A DNA stretch of 64,000 nt, taken from NCBI GenBank assembly GCA_965208835.1, contig OZ242358.1, positions 3,520,001 to 3,584,000 of the forward strand. Direction: 5' to 3'. The notes under the pieces were generated by a model that was given only the letters and a program-made list of their open reading frames with translations, ran no database searches and had not been told where the DNA came from. Of this stretch, positions 38,115 through 48,071 are shown one piece after another (within the stretch, counting starts at the first letter, position 1; the number at the start of each line of letters is the position of its first letter). The position numbers and the translations under genes were made by a program. The DNA comes from Candidatus Latescibacterota bacterium. GTDB lineage: Bacteria > Latescibacterota > UBA2968 > GCA-2709665.

Positions 38115-38465
38115 TCAAAGGATTTCCAGCACGCCTTCCGGCGGACGGCCCAGCCTGGCCCGGTCGCCGTTGACGACGATCGGCCGCTCGATCAGGATGG
38201 GATGCTCCGTCATTGCCCGGATCAGCGCCGTCGGATCAGTGAGCTTTTCCTTAAGGCCAAGCTCACTGAATTCATCTTCCTTCGTACGTATCAGGTCCGC
38301 GGGCTGAATACCCAACATCTGCAGAATGTCGTAGAGCGTCTGCTCGTCCGGAGGCGTTTTCAGGTATTCGACGATTCTTGGCTCTATACCGCGATCCTTC
38401 AGGAGATTCAACGTCTGCCTGCTCTTGCTACACCTTGGATTGTGGTAGATCACGACTTCGCTCAC
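38115..38465 (-). CDS. arsC: Arsenate reductase (glutaredoxin-type ArsC family)
   Basis: YHNPRCSKSR, HPILIERPIV, GRPPE. Confidence 0.93.
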   Translation of the reverse strand: MSEVVIYHNPRCSKSRQTLNLLKDRGIEPRIVEYLKTPPDEQTLYDILQMLGIQPADLIRTKEDEFSELGLKEKLTDPTALIRAMTEHPILIERPIVVNGDRARLGRPPEGVLEIL

Positions 38466-38482
38466 GACAGCCTCCTTCGTTT

Positions 38483-40186
38483 TCAGGGAATCACAGGAAG
38501 GATCAAACGGGACGGCCGGTTCGCGTCGTGGAAAATCCGCTGATGCGCCGTTTTCAGGACGGTCTCGCGGTAATCGTCGCCACCGGTATTGTGGTTCCGG
38601 TCGAAATTAGGAAAATCGCTGCTGGAAATATCCAGCCGGATCCGGTGCCCCGCCATGAAGAGATTGCTGGTCGGATTCACCTGGATCACGTATTCGTAGA
38701 CACGCTCCGGCTCAATCAATGACGGGTGATCGAAGGACTCGCGATACCGCGCGCGTACAATGCCGTGACAAAGTTCCTGGACGAATCCGTCCGGCCAGAC
38801 GTCCATCAGCTTGGCGACAAAGTCCGTATCCCTGGCCGAAGACGACGCAAACAGACGCACTTCGACCGGTCCGGTCACCTCCAGGGGGGCGCTCAGCGGC
38901 GGCGTCATATACACCATCACGTCGCGACGTCCGTCCAGAGTCCGCTGGTCCATCGGCGCGTGCTGGCCGCCCGGGGTGTACAGGGTCATTACCGGGTCTC
39001 TCGGATCGTACCCGTATGCGTCCGGCTGCTCGTCCCGGGGCGGCTCCCTGGAAAGCCATCCCGCGCCCGACCGCAGGTCCGCGTGGCCCGAACCATGCAG
39101 ATAGTAAGTCGTATATACCGTTCGTTGCAGCGGCCATTCCCGCTCGCCGCGCCAGGTATTGGCCCCCATCACGAAGAGTTGCAGCGGCGGCCAGTCCTCG
39201 GCCTCGCCCGGCTCCCCTTTCAGCCAGCGGGAGAACCACGCATCCGCGATTTCGTAGAAGTCCCGCACGGCTTCCGGGCCGAAGTCCACTTCACCCACCT
39301 GCCGGTCCAGGTCCAGGAGCGTGTGGGTCCAGGGCCCGACGATCATATACTGATTCTGCCGGGCGCGTTCGCTCCCGCCGTTTTCGCGCATTCCCGTAAA
39401 GTGCTTGAAGATACCGATTTGTTGATCGTACCACCCCGCCGTACCCAGCACGGGGACGTCCACGTTCCGGTGTCTCTTCTGGAATCCGAAATGGTCTGCC
39501 GCATGATCCGCAAGCCAACACCGCCAGTGCCTGCCCATCCCCGGCATGACATCCTCCGGGATGTCCATCAGCGGCAGATACCACAGCCACTTGCTGCGGT
39601 CGCGTTCCTGCCAGAGCCGCGATGCGTCCTCCCTGGTCTTCTCCTTCCACGAATGGCCCGCCCGTCGCGCCGTATCCACGGAGAGGTTGTTGATCGTCCA
39701 ATCCATCACACGGCCGAGGCGAAGCACGCCGCTCAGCTCTCTGTCCAGCAGGCTGGCCGCAATCCCGCCGGCAAGCATCGCCACCAGGTTCGGCGGCCGC
39801 TTGTGCGCGAGTTCCCACTGCGTCCACCCGTCGTACGAATTTCCGAACGTACCCACCCTGCCGTCGGACCATGGCAGCGCAGCCGACCAGGCCACCGTAT
39901 CGTAGCCGTCTTCAGAATCGCGGTGATCAGCGCTGTAGAACCCGGGCTGAAACTCTCCGTCAGAAGCATACCGCCCGCGCACGTCCTGCAAGACCACCAC
40001 GTAACCGCGTTCGGCCATCTCCGGACCGATCTCGAGCTGTTTCTCACCAGCCTTGTCGTAGGGTGTCCGGCAGAGCAATACCGGAAACCGTCCCGGCCCG
40101 TCGGGCCGGTACACGTCCGCGCGCAGCACCGTGCCGTCCCGCATCACGGCCTGCAAATCCCTGTCCTTCACCGTACGGTAAGGCAT
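38483..40186 (-). CDS. CocE/NonD family hydrolase
   Basis: MRDGTVLRADVYRP, RTPY, QDVRGR, GNSYDG, GWYD, GPWTH, SSSDFP. Confidence 0.95.
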   Translation of the reverse strand: MPYRTVKDRDLQAVMRDGTVLRADVYRPDGPGRFPVLLCRTPYDKAGEKQLEIGPEMAERGYVVVLQDVRGRYASDGEFQPGFYSADHRDSEDGYDTVAWSAALPWSDGRVGTFGNSYDGWTQWELAHKRPPNLVAMLAGGIAASLLDRELSGVLRLGRVMDWTINNLSVDTARRAGHSWKEKTREDASRLWQERDRSKWLWYLPLMDIPEDVMPGMGRHWRCWLADHAADHFGFQKRHRNVDVPVLGTAGWYDQQIGIFKHFTGMRENGGSERARQNQYMIVGPWTHTLLDLDRQVGEVDFGPEAVRDFYEIADAWFSRWLKGEPGEAEDWPPLQLFVMGANTWRGEREWPLQRTVYTTYYLHGSGHADLRSGAGWLSREPPRDEQPDAYGYDPRDPVMTLYTPGGQHAPMDQRTLDGRRDVMVYMTPPLSAPLEVTGPVEVRLFASSSARDTDFVAKLMDVWPDGFVQELCHGIVRARYRESFDHPSLIEPERVYEYVIQVNPTSNLFMAGHRIRLDISSSDFPNFDRNHNTGGDDYRETVLKTAHQRIFHDANRPSRLILPVIP

Positions 40187-40257
40187 TCGCGTGTTCCCGT
40201 TCCCCCGGTTCGAATGACTCGACGGTGCACGCCGGAGACCCCCTCGCGGGGCGGCAA

Positions 40258-42060
40258 TCAGTTCAATGACCAGACCAGCACGGTGGTATCCGCGGAACCG
40301 GTCAACAACCGCAGCCCATCCGGACTCGCCGCCAGTGCATGTACAGCCCCTTCATGCCCCGTGAACCCGGCCGGGGGAGCCGTGGATCCCGGATCCCAGA
40401 CAATCACCCTGCCATCCTGCCCCGCCAGACAAATCGACCCAGTATCGGGAAGATAAAGGATATCCTCAACGCCGTCTCCATGCGCGTACGAGCGCACCTC
40501 CCGCCCTTCCTGCAAGTCCCATTCAACCACCCACCCGTCACGACCCGCGGAGATCACATGGCCATCCGGTCCAAATGCCACGGACTGTACCCAGCCACGG
40601 TGGGCGGTCGCCATCGCGTTCAACTCTCCGGTCGCCAGATGCCAGAGCCTCACGGTGCCGTCCCGACCACCGCCCACGAGTTGCCGGGCATCCGCCGAGA
40701 CCGCCAGCGCCAGTACGCCGCCCAGATGCGCTTCCAGCTTGCGTACGGCCCGTCCTGTAACGGCATCCCACACCCGGACCGACCCGTCGTCGGCGGCGCT
40801 TACGATTTCCCCGGCGCTCGCAAAGGCCACCGCCCGTACATATCCGCGGTGCCCTTCCAGCGCGCGCACTTCCTTGCCGCTCGCGCTGTCCAGGACTCGT
40901 ACGCTGCCGTCCTTGCATCCCGCCGCAACCAGCGCGCCGTCGGGAGAAACCGCCAGCGCGTGGACCTCTCCGCCCGGGCACCCCACCGTTTGTGTTGTCG
41001 TCCATCCCCCCGTTTCCCACCACCTGATGGTCTTGTCCGACGATCCTGAAATCGCATGGGATCCATCGGGAGTAACGACGAGTGCCCGAACACCCGACAT
41101 GTGCCTTTCCCACTTCAGACGAGGCAGCCCCGTCTCCGCGCTGGTCTCCGCCAGCAGCCCGTCGCTGCCGTGGGACAGCACCCAGTTTCCATCGGGCGAA
41201 ACCCGGATCCGGTTTACATGGTTCTGGTGCGGGTACCATCGCCTCAGAACCGCGGCCGCATGACGGTCCCACAGCCGGATCGACCCGTCCCTGGATCCTG
41301 TCAGAACCTGCCGGTCGTCCCGGGCGTATGCCACGGACGGCACCGCGTGCCCCAGGTGCCCCGTATAGGTCTCCAGGCGTTCGTAATGGCACAGGCGCCA
41401 CTCGTTCGACATGTGGCGCGTGCCCACCAGAAGCCGCTCTCCGTCCGTGGACAGGCACATATCGTAGCAGACGTAATCCTCGACGAAGACCTTCAGCCGG
41501 GTGCCGGTCGCCAGGTCGAAGTGGTAGACATTATTGCCGGGCTGATGGGCGACCAGCGCCGTCCGGCCATCCGGGCCGTACAGGCAGAGATCGAAGCGCT
41601 CGCCGGCATCTGAAATCGCTATGCGCCGCCGGCCCGTCTTCCGGTCCCACTCCTCCACCGTGCCCGTCTTCTGGTCAAGCGTGAGCACCCGGTCCTCGTC
41701 AGGCGAATAGCGCAGGGAGACGAGCGACGTGCGTCCCGTGTCAAAGCGGACCGATTCCCGTGTTCTTTCGGCCAGGTTCCACTCACTTATCACGCCCGCT
41801 TCGTCGGCGAACAACGCCCTTGACACGTCGCGGTTCCATGCCGCGGCCGTGAGACGATGCTCCGAAACCTGTTGCCGTGCAATGCAGTTGCCCTGTATCA
41901 GATCCCATATGCAAAGGCATGCCCCCGAAAGCACGAACGCGTTCATGCCGTCGGCGGAGTAGAACATATCGGTGACCGACCCGCGCATCCGGCGGGTGCC
42001 GAGGCGCTGAACCGCGCGATCCGGCAGGGGATCGCCGAGATGGTCCTTAAGACCGTTCAT
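40258..42060 (-). CDS. WD40-repeat protein (probably two propellers), no signal peptide
   Basis: GDPLPDRAVQRLG N-terminal motif and many GH...WD repeats; ATG overlaps the upstream TGA. Confidence 0.9.
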   Translation of the reverse strand: MNGLKDHLGDPLPDRAVQRLGTRRMRGSVTDMFYSADGMNAFVLSGACLCIWDLIQGNCIARQQVSEHRLTAAAWNRDVSRALFADEAGVISEWNLAERTRESVRFDTGRTSLVSLRYSPDEDRVLTLDQKTGTVEEWDRKTGRRRIAISDAGERFDLCLYGPDGRTALVAHQPGNNVYHFDLATGTRLKVFVEDYVCYDMCLSTDGERLLVGTRHMSNEWRLCHYERLETYTGHLGHAVPSVAYARDDRQVLTGSRDGSIRLWDRHAAAVLRRWYPHQNHVNRIRVSPDGNWVLSHGSDGLLAETSAETGLPRLKWERHMSGVRALVVTPDGSHAISGSSDKTIRWWETGGWTTTQTVGCPGGEVHALAVSPDGALVAAGCKDGSVRVLDSASGKEVRALEGHRGYVRAVAFASAGEIVSAADDGSVRVWDAVTGRAVRKLEAHLGGVLALAVSADARQLVGGGRDGTVRLWHLATGELNAMATAHRGWVQSVAFGPDGHVISAGRDGWVVEWDLQEGREVRSYAHGDGVEDILYLPDTGSICLAGQDGRVIVWDPGSTAPPAGFTGHEGAVHALAASPDGLRLLTGSADTTVLVWSLN

Positions 42061-43094
42061 GACTCGACCCTCTGATTCTCGACCAGCTGCCCCTCGGGCC
42101 CCAGCAGATTCTGGTACGCCCGCGTATTTCCGCCGGCCCGCACGACGTTTTCGGGCAGGGGGCTGAGGCAACGGTTATGGTGAATGCGGGCATCCTGGCA
42201 CGGCGCACCCCGAATCGCCACGCTGCGTACGTGCTGGGCGATAAACGTGTTGTGATGGATGTCCATCCAGTCTCCTGAGATCTCGGTCGCGTCTCCCCGA
42301 TCCTGCCCGCCGTGCATGTCGAACAGGTGACCGTTGGCATGATCCAGACAGATATTGTAACGGGCCTCGTAGCCGGAACCGGGCGTTCCGCTGGACGCGA
42401 TATGGTGTCTGCACCAGTCAAACAGATTCGCCTCGACCAGGACGGTAGCGCCGTTGATGCTGACGCCGTAGCCCAGGCCGCCTTTCTGATTGTGGTGGAT
42501 GAAGTTGTGGTGCACGTATCCCCTGGTCGCACCGTCGTCGAACCGGGTGGCTGCCACGCTGAAGCCGCGGATCTCGCAATTGTCGATCTCCAGCGCGAAG
42601 TGGGAGGTGAGAATTCCGTTGGATGTATGCGCCGCCCGGTCGCGGTGGGGGTAGGGTCCCCGAAAACGCAGCCCCGTTACACGAATGCAATCCCCTTCCG
42701 TCCGCAAGAGAAAGGGCGTATCCGGCGCGTTTGAATAGACCAGACCTCCCGCCGAGCCGTCCGTGCCGCGGTCACCGGCCAGCGTCACCGCTTCCGGAAT
42801 CCCGAGACCCGGCCGCCCGCTCATGTCGATCCGGACGTCAGCCGGTACGAAGACCACGTCGCCCGCCGCCGCTTCTTTAAGCGCCAGCGCCAGTTCTTCG
42901 TAACTGCGGACGGAACGGTCGCGGGTCTTGACGACGTCCGCGTAGCCATCGCCTCCGCCTATCGGATTCCCCGTGGGGTTGCATTCCGCACCGAATGTCT
43001 CCGCCGCCCGGCCCTCCCGGTCTTCTTCGTCCGCCCAACGCGCCGTACGCGCCGTGAGTATCCCCCCGCCCGACTCTCGTTCGATCAAAACCAC
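42057..43094 (-). CDS. Right-handed beta-helix protein
   Basis: NPIGGGDGY, GDVVFVP, VTLAGDRG, HHNFIHHN..GLGYGV, FDMHG; GTG start after GGGAGG. Confidence 0.82.
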   Translation of the reverse strand: MVLIERESGGGILTARTARWADEEDREGRAAETFGAECNPTGNPIGGGDGYADVVKTRDRSVRSYEELALALKEAAAGDVVFVPADVRIDMSGRPGLGIPEAVTLAGDRGTDGSAGGLVYSNAPDTPFLLRTEGDCIRVTGLRFRGPYPHRDRAAHTSNGILTSHFALEIDNCEIRGFSVAATRFDDGATRGYVHHNFIHHNQKGGLGYGVSINGATVLVEANLFDWCRHHIASSGTPGSGYEARYNICLDHANGHLFDMHGGQDRGDATEISGDWMDIHHNTFIAQHVRSVAIRGAPCQDARIHHNRCLSPLPENVVRAGGNTRAYQNLLGPEGQLVENQRVES

Positions 43095-43145
43095 TGAAAC
43101 ACCTCCCGTCTTCAACGGTACAGGACATTCTTTGGGACAGGACAC

Positions 43146-44327
43146 TTAGTCCAACACCCCGCAAAAATCCATCGCCATCAGCGCATAGACCCTTGCGGCT
43201 GCCTCGATGCGGGCCACCGACACCCACTCGTCGTCGGAATGGGCCGTCTCGTTCGACGGACCGTAGTAAAAAGTGGGCACCCCGGTCTCGTTCATATAGA
43301 TATTGGCATCGCCCACCAGCCGTCTTCCCACGTACCTGACGTCCGCGCCAACCACCTCCCGGTGGGCCGCGGCCGCAGCCTGAACCGCAGGGTCGTCCCG
43401 CGGTGTTTCGAACGGCTCCCGCTGGAGCGCCATGTCGACGGTGAGCTTCATCTCCCCCGCCCTGGCGAACGGCTCGGCCATCGACTCCAGTTCAATCAGT
43501 ATCGAAGACATTGTCTTTCCCGGCAGCCAGCGCCGTGTCCCCGTAAGCACGCACCGGCCAGGCGTCCGGTTGAAATAGTCGCCGGCATGAACGATGCCCA
43601 GATCGATCCGTTCCGGTCCGGCCAGCGGATGGACGTCTCCGGCATCCAGTTCCAGCTGGCGTTCGGTTATTCTCCGGATCAGGTCGCCCACATGGCGAAT
43701 CGGGTTTTCCGGGAACGGCACGTAATTCGTATGGGTGCCGCCGCGTTCGGATGTCAGCGTTATCGTAAACACCATCGATCCCATACTCATCACCCAGAGT
43801 TCGTCTCCGCCCTCCACGATGAGAATACGGTCGCACTTGAGGCGTCCGCTGTTCACGTCCGCCACGAGCGCCAGGGGGCCGTCTTTCTCCGCCTCGGGCT
43901 CCTCGTGGCCGACCACGCCGCTGACCAGCAGATCGCCCCTGAGCCGCACGTCCGCCTCCTGCAACGCCTTTGCCGCACCCAGCATGGCCGCAACGCCACC
44001 CTTCATATCCGTCGAACCACGCCCAAAGATGCGGTCGCCCACCCGCCGCACCGGGGTGCAGTCGCCAACGGGAATCGTATCCAGGTGTCCGTTCAGCAGC
44101 AGCGCCGGACCGTCGTTCGTGCCACGGATCCCCGCGTACAGATTCCGCCGTCCCGGCGTCACTTCGTGCGCGTCCACGTCGAACCCCAGATCGGCCAACT
44201 GCGCCTCAAAGCAGGCACAGACTTCGGCTTCCTCGCACGTGACGCTGGGAATCTCGACCAGCCTGAGCGCCTGCTCGGCCATCCACTCCCCGTCTATGGC
44301 ATTCAGAACCGCCTCTCGCGCGCTCAT
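43146..44327 (-). CDS. M20 metallohydrolase (ArgE/DapE-like)
   Basis: NGHLDTIP, GRGSTDMKGG, HEE, AHSDDE. Confidence 0.92.
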   Translation of the reverse strand: MSAREAVLNAIDGEWMAEQALRLVEIPSVTCEEAEVCACFEAQLADLGFDVDAHEVTPGRRNLYAGIRGTNDGPALLLNGHLDTIPVGDCTPVRRVGDRIFGRGSTDMKGGVAAMLGAAKALQEADVRLRGDLLVSGVVGHEEPEAEKDGPLALVADVNSGRLKCDRILIVEGGDELWVMSMGSMVFTITLTSERGGTHTNYVPFPENPIRHVGDLIRRITERQLELDAGDVHPLAGPERIDLGIVHAGDYFNRTPGRCVLTGTRRWLPGKTMSSILIELESMAEPFARAGEMKLTVDMALQREPFETPRDDPAVQAAAAAHREVVGADVRYVGRRLVGDANIYMNETGVPTFYYGPSNETAHSDDEWVSVARIEAAARVYALMAMDFCGVLD

Positions 44328-44328
44328 T

Positions 44329-45060
44329 TCAGACCTCACCACAGGCATGGACAAATGCGTCCGACGTGGATGTATAGCCGACATTCGCTTCGATGAACCG
44401 GATCCCGAAGAAATCCGCCAACCCTTCTGCCTGGGTTTCCGGATAGTCAACGGTACTGCAACAATCCCGAAGCACGATCACCCGGTAATTCCGGTACATG
44501 GCCTCGGTAACCGTCGTGCCAAGACAGATCCGCGTGTCGAACCCGACCGTCACCAGGTTATAGATGCCCAGACTTCGCAGCAGTGAATCCAGGTGCGTCT
44601 CGAAGAACCCGCTGTACATCTGTTTCTTTACCACGTAATCGCCGGCGTCCGGTGCGATCACATCCGAAAACGCGAGGATGTCATTCGGTTCCGGCCACGC
44701 ATCCAGAACATCCACACCGCAGGTCCGGATGGACATATTGCGCCATTCCGTCTGATCGTTGGTGGAAGGCGCCAGGTAATTCGTCACGTAGACCACCGGG
44801 AGCCCGAGGCGCTTTGCCGCGTCTTTTGCAGGACGGATATGGTCCACCACAATCTCGCGGTTCTTCAACACGGCGGCACGATACAACTCCGGGACGTTCC
44901 CCGGATCGTGGTCGGGGTCATAACCCTTTCCGTAGACATCCACCAGGAAAAACGCCGTATTGTCCAGACCCAGCTCAAGCGCCTCTTCCGCATGGCCGAG
45001 ATGCCGTCCGGGCGGGTGCTGCCGGTAATACCTGCCTTTCAAGCGGATCTTGCTCGACAT
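44329..45060 (-). CDS. Isochorismatase family cysteine hydrolase
   Basis: LVDVY, KKQMYSGF, GFDTRICL (Asp-Lys-Cys triad), RDCC. Confidence 0.9.
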   Translation of the reverse strand: MSSKIRLKGRYYRQHPPGRHLGHAEEALELGLDNTAFFLVDVYGKGYDPDHDPGNVPELYRAAVLKNREIVVDHIRPAKDAAKRLGLPVVYVTNYLAPSTNDQTEWRNMSIRTCGVDVLDAWPEPNDILAFSDVIAPDAGDYVVKKQMYSGFFETHLDSLLRSLGIYNLVTVGFDTRICLGTTVTEAMYRNYRVIVLRDCCSTVDYPETQAEGLADFFGIRFIEANVGYTSTSDAFVHACGEV

Positions 45061-45075
45061 CGACGCCTCCAGCGG

Positions 45076-46059
45076 TCAGTGTGTCTCCACGGTTACCGGG
45101 GTCTTGCTCTCCAGGGACCGGTAGGCGGCCTCGGAGAGCCGGGCGACCTGCAGGGCAAAGTCGGGGGCTTCGTACCCCTTTCCGCCGCTCCTGATCCAAT
45201 CGAAGAACGCCGCGTCGGGCGTGGTCTCGCGTATCCGATCGGGAATCGTCATCGGTTCGTCGTTCACCAGCACCGCCTTCACGTGCCACTTGTAAAGGTG
45301 GAAGACGATGGATCCTTCCGCGCCGTGGATAGCAATGCGCTCGTCGTGCTCGATCGCATTGCCGAACGTGCTGATTGTGCCCAGAGCCCCGCCCTCGAAC
45401 CTTACGTTCAGTACCGCGTTGACATCCACCGCCTTGCCGTCGCAATCCATCAGTGCCGAGACTTCCACCGGCACCAGTCCGGTTATCCAGAGCGTGGACG
45501 CGACCAGGTGGCTGCCAGTATCCATAAACATCCCGCCACCGGAAAGTTCCGGATCCAGGCGCCATCCCTTCACACGTCCCCAATTCTGGGTCACGTAGGA
45601 CACCACCCCGCGCAACTCGCCAATATGCCCTTTCCGAACCAGTTCACGGGCGTACACGTGGGGCGCGAAGTAATTCCGCTGATAGCTCACCTGCAGAAAC
45701 CGTTCTTTCTCCGTCGCCAGGTCGATCAAGGCCCGCGTATGCCTTGAAGAAACCGTCAACGGCTTTTCCACCAGCACGTGCAATCCGGCTTCCAACCCGA
45801 GCCGCGCCTGCTCGAAGTGCATTGAATGCGGTGAACTGATAAAGATCGCGTCGAGCGCCTCCTCCTGAACCATGCGGCGATAGTCCTCGTAATGGGCGAC
45901 TTCTTCGCCGTATCGATCCATCAACAGACGGGCCTGCTCCAATACCGGATCCGCCACGCATACCAGCTTCACGTCCTCCTCTGCCTGAATCCGCGGCACG
46001 TGCGCGCCGCGCATATTGCCGCCGCAACCGATCAGACCCAGACGAATCGCTTCAGCCAT
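45076..46059 (-). CDS. Gfo/Idh/MocA oxidoreductase
   Basis: IGCGG, SPHSMH, HVLVEKP, WRLDPELSGGG..MDTGSH. Confidence 0.92.
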   Translation of the reverse strand: MAEAIRLGLIGCGGNMRGAHVPRIQAEEDVKLVCVADPVLEQARLLMDRYGEEVAHYEDYRRMVQEEALDAIFISSPHSMHFEQARLGLEAGLHVLVEKPLTVSSRHTRALIDLATEKERFLQVSYQRNYFAPHVYARELVRKGHIGELRGVVSYVTQNWGRVKGWRLDPELSGGGMFMDTGSHLVASTLWITGLVPVEVSALMDCDGKAVDVNAVLNVRFEGGALGTISTFGNAIEHDERIAIHGAEGSIVFHLYKWHVKAVLVNDEPMTIPDRIRETTPDAAFFDWIRSGGKGYEAPDFALQVARLSEAAYRSLESKTPVTVETH

Positions 46060-46075
46060 TCCACCCTCCATCGTG

Positions 46076-46921
46076 TCATTTGTTCTCCCCACTCGACACA
46101 CCCAGGCACGACCTCACATACTCCAGATTCCTGAGACTGTTCGCTGCCAGCCCCTCGAACCCAAGGTCGGCCACTTCGAACGCATCCGGGCTGATGTCCA
46201 GATGCGTCTCGACCACGACAAAGCCGCTGTACCCCTCGGCGGAAAGGGCGTGCAGCTGTCCCGGCCAGTCCACGATCCCCTCCTCCGCCAGGGACCAGGC
46301 GCCCGTGCCCGGATCGAAATTCTTCACGTGCACGTGGGATACCAGATCTCTCAGATCCTCGTATTCCTCCGGGTACGGCGATGCCGTACCGGCCCGGGCG
46401 GAATTACCGGGGTCCCAGCAAAGCGAGATTCTTTCTTCGCCCACCTGTCGAATCAACATGGCTGCCTCGGCGCCTGTCGCCCCCCAGCAGACCGCCTCGT
46501 TCTCCAGCGCCAGACGACAACCCTCCCTCGCCGCGATCTCCGCCATCTGTCCCAGCCGGTCCACAACCGCCGAAGGAGGACGCGCCGCCGCCGTTCGCTC
46601 GAATGCAAAACCGGATACCCGATCGGTGCCCAGTCGCAGCGCCCATTCGCACGCCCGGGGAAGCGATTCGCGCAGGTGTCGGTCGAGTCGGGGATCATCA
46701 AGCGGCCCCTTGAAAAAGCCCGGAGAAACCCCCGAAATGCCCAAACCCGCGTCCTGGACGCACGCGTGGAAGGCTGCCAGCTCATTGTCGTCTACGGCCG
46801 GGAACCGGCCACCAGCAAGCTGACGCACCTCCATGTGCGAGACCCCCCACTTTGCCGCAAGGGAAATCGCGCGCGCCGGATCGTACCGATCGATTTCATC
46901 CGCAAAGATCGAAATCTTCAC
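46076..46921 (-). CDS. Sugar phosphate isomerase/epimerase (xylose isomerase-like TIM barrel)
   Basis: FADEI, LALENE, WDPGN, HVHVK, VETH. Confidence 0.9.
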   Translation of the reverse strand: MKISIFADEIDRYDPARAISLAAKWGVSHMEVRQLAGGRFPAVDDNELAAFHACVQDAGLGISGVSPGFFKGPLDDPRLDRHLRESLPRACEWALRLGTDRVSGFAFERTAAARPPSAVVDRLGQMAEIAAREGCRLALENEAVCWGATGAEAAMLIRQVGEERISLCWDPGNSARAGTASPYPEEYEDLRDLVSHVHVKNFDPGTGAWSLAEEGIVDWPGQLHALSAEGYSGFVVVETHLDISPDAFEVADLGFEGLAANSLRNLEYVRSCLGVSSGENK

Positions 46922-47197
46922 TTTCCGCTCCTCGGCGCCACTAACCTTGATTCGTAAGTTTGTGTGGACGTTAATTCGAATAAGTGCCAGTTAATTAAGG
47001 CGATTAGAAGGCGGATTACCCGGATACACCAGGTCACTGGATGCGAACGGAAAAAATGTCCTTCCGGACGACCTCAAAACCCCGATTTACACCGGTACCT
47101 TCTGTGCATTTTGTGCCTTTTGTGGCCAATTTCACTCTTGTGTTTGTAGAGTCGAGGCTAACCATCGCACCGGTTTCGCACATTTCCGATTGTCATT

Positions 47198-47989
47198 TCA
47201 GGAATCCTGCGGCCCCACAGTCTGCAGTGCCTCAATCATCTCTGTCGAAGTGACCGAATATTTCCCGAACATCTCCAGAAACAGAATCGCACCGCGGGTC
47301 TGCCACAACCCGTCCTGTGATTCGAACGACTCCATACCCGTCCCGCAGTCCCGCAGGATGATGACCTCGTAGCCGCGCTTGCTCATTTCAATCGTGCCGT
47401 AATCGCGCAGGAGGATGCACGCGTTGGTATTGAACCCGAGAAAGAACAGGAACAGGATCCCCTCGCGTTCGCAATACCGGTGTAACTCTTCTCCGTTGTA
47501 GATGACAACCTCTCCGTCACCCACATGAACCAGCGGATGCATCCGGCGTCTGGAACGCATTTCGGCAATTTCCGGCTCTCTCGGCTCGTCGGGTCTGGCA
47601 TAGGCTGCATACGCTCCGGACTTGGATTTGAACTCCCGGGGCGGCCACGTTTCCCCCGAACCGGCCGGCTTCGACGGATCGTCGATCAGCCTCACCCAGG
47701 CCGGATGATGTTCGGCCAGACCCGGCGCCGGCGCGTGGATCAGCCGCAGCCCGGCCTCGCGGCAGGCCGCGAGCAACGGCACGATACGCGCCTCCACGAT
47801 CGCGTCCGCACGCTGTGCCGGTTCCTTCAGGTAATGCTCTTCCCACACGTCCACCAGCACGAGTGCGGACTGCGAGAGCGGTACGCGCCAGTCGAGGTAT
47901 GCGTAGTCCGTGTTCTTCTCTTCCCACGGCACGCCAGGGTCCACGTGCCACCGGTAATACCTGGGCCTGATTTTCAGTTCCCTATCCAT
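47198..47989 (-). CDS. Divergent isochorismatase-like cysteine hydrolase (start 47989-48037)
   Basis: LVLVDVW, IHAP, GFNTNACIL, LRDC. Confidence 0.8.
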   Translation of the reverse strand: MDRELKIRPRYYRWHVDPGVPWEEKNTDYAYLDWRVPLSQSALVLVDVWEEHYLKEPAQRADAIVEARIVPLLAACREAGLRLIHAPAPGLAEHHPAWVRLIDDPSKPAGSGETWPPREFKSKSGAYAAYARPDEPREPEIAEMRSRRRMHPLVHVGDGEVVIYNGEELHRYCEREGILFLFFLGFNTNACILLRDYGTIEMSKRGYEVIILRDCGTGMESFESQDGLWQTRGAILFLEMFGKYSVTSTEMIEALQTVGPQDS

Positions 47990-48071
47990 AGTGGCTCCAT
48001 CGTTGAGGGTCATCGTAAAGCGGGACTGCGCCTTCATAGCGTTCCAGGTCCCGCAAGTCCGTCGAATAGTG

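Noticed and set aside
38726-40456. 576-aa ORF on the + strand
   Set aside because: Antisense shadow of the CocE/NonD gene
47095-47130. tctgtgcattttgtgccttttgtggc 9-nt periodic motif
   Set aside because: Resembles a short intergenic repeat but is single-copy here with no clear partner arm
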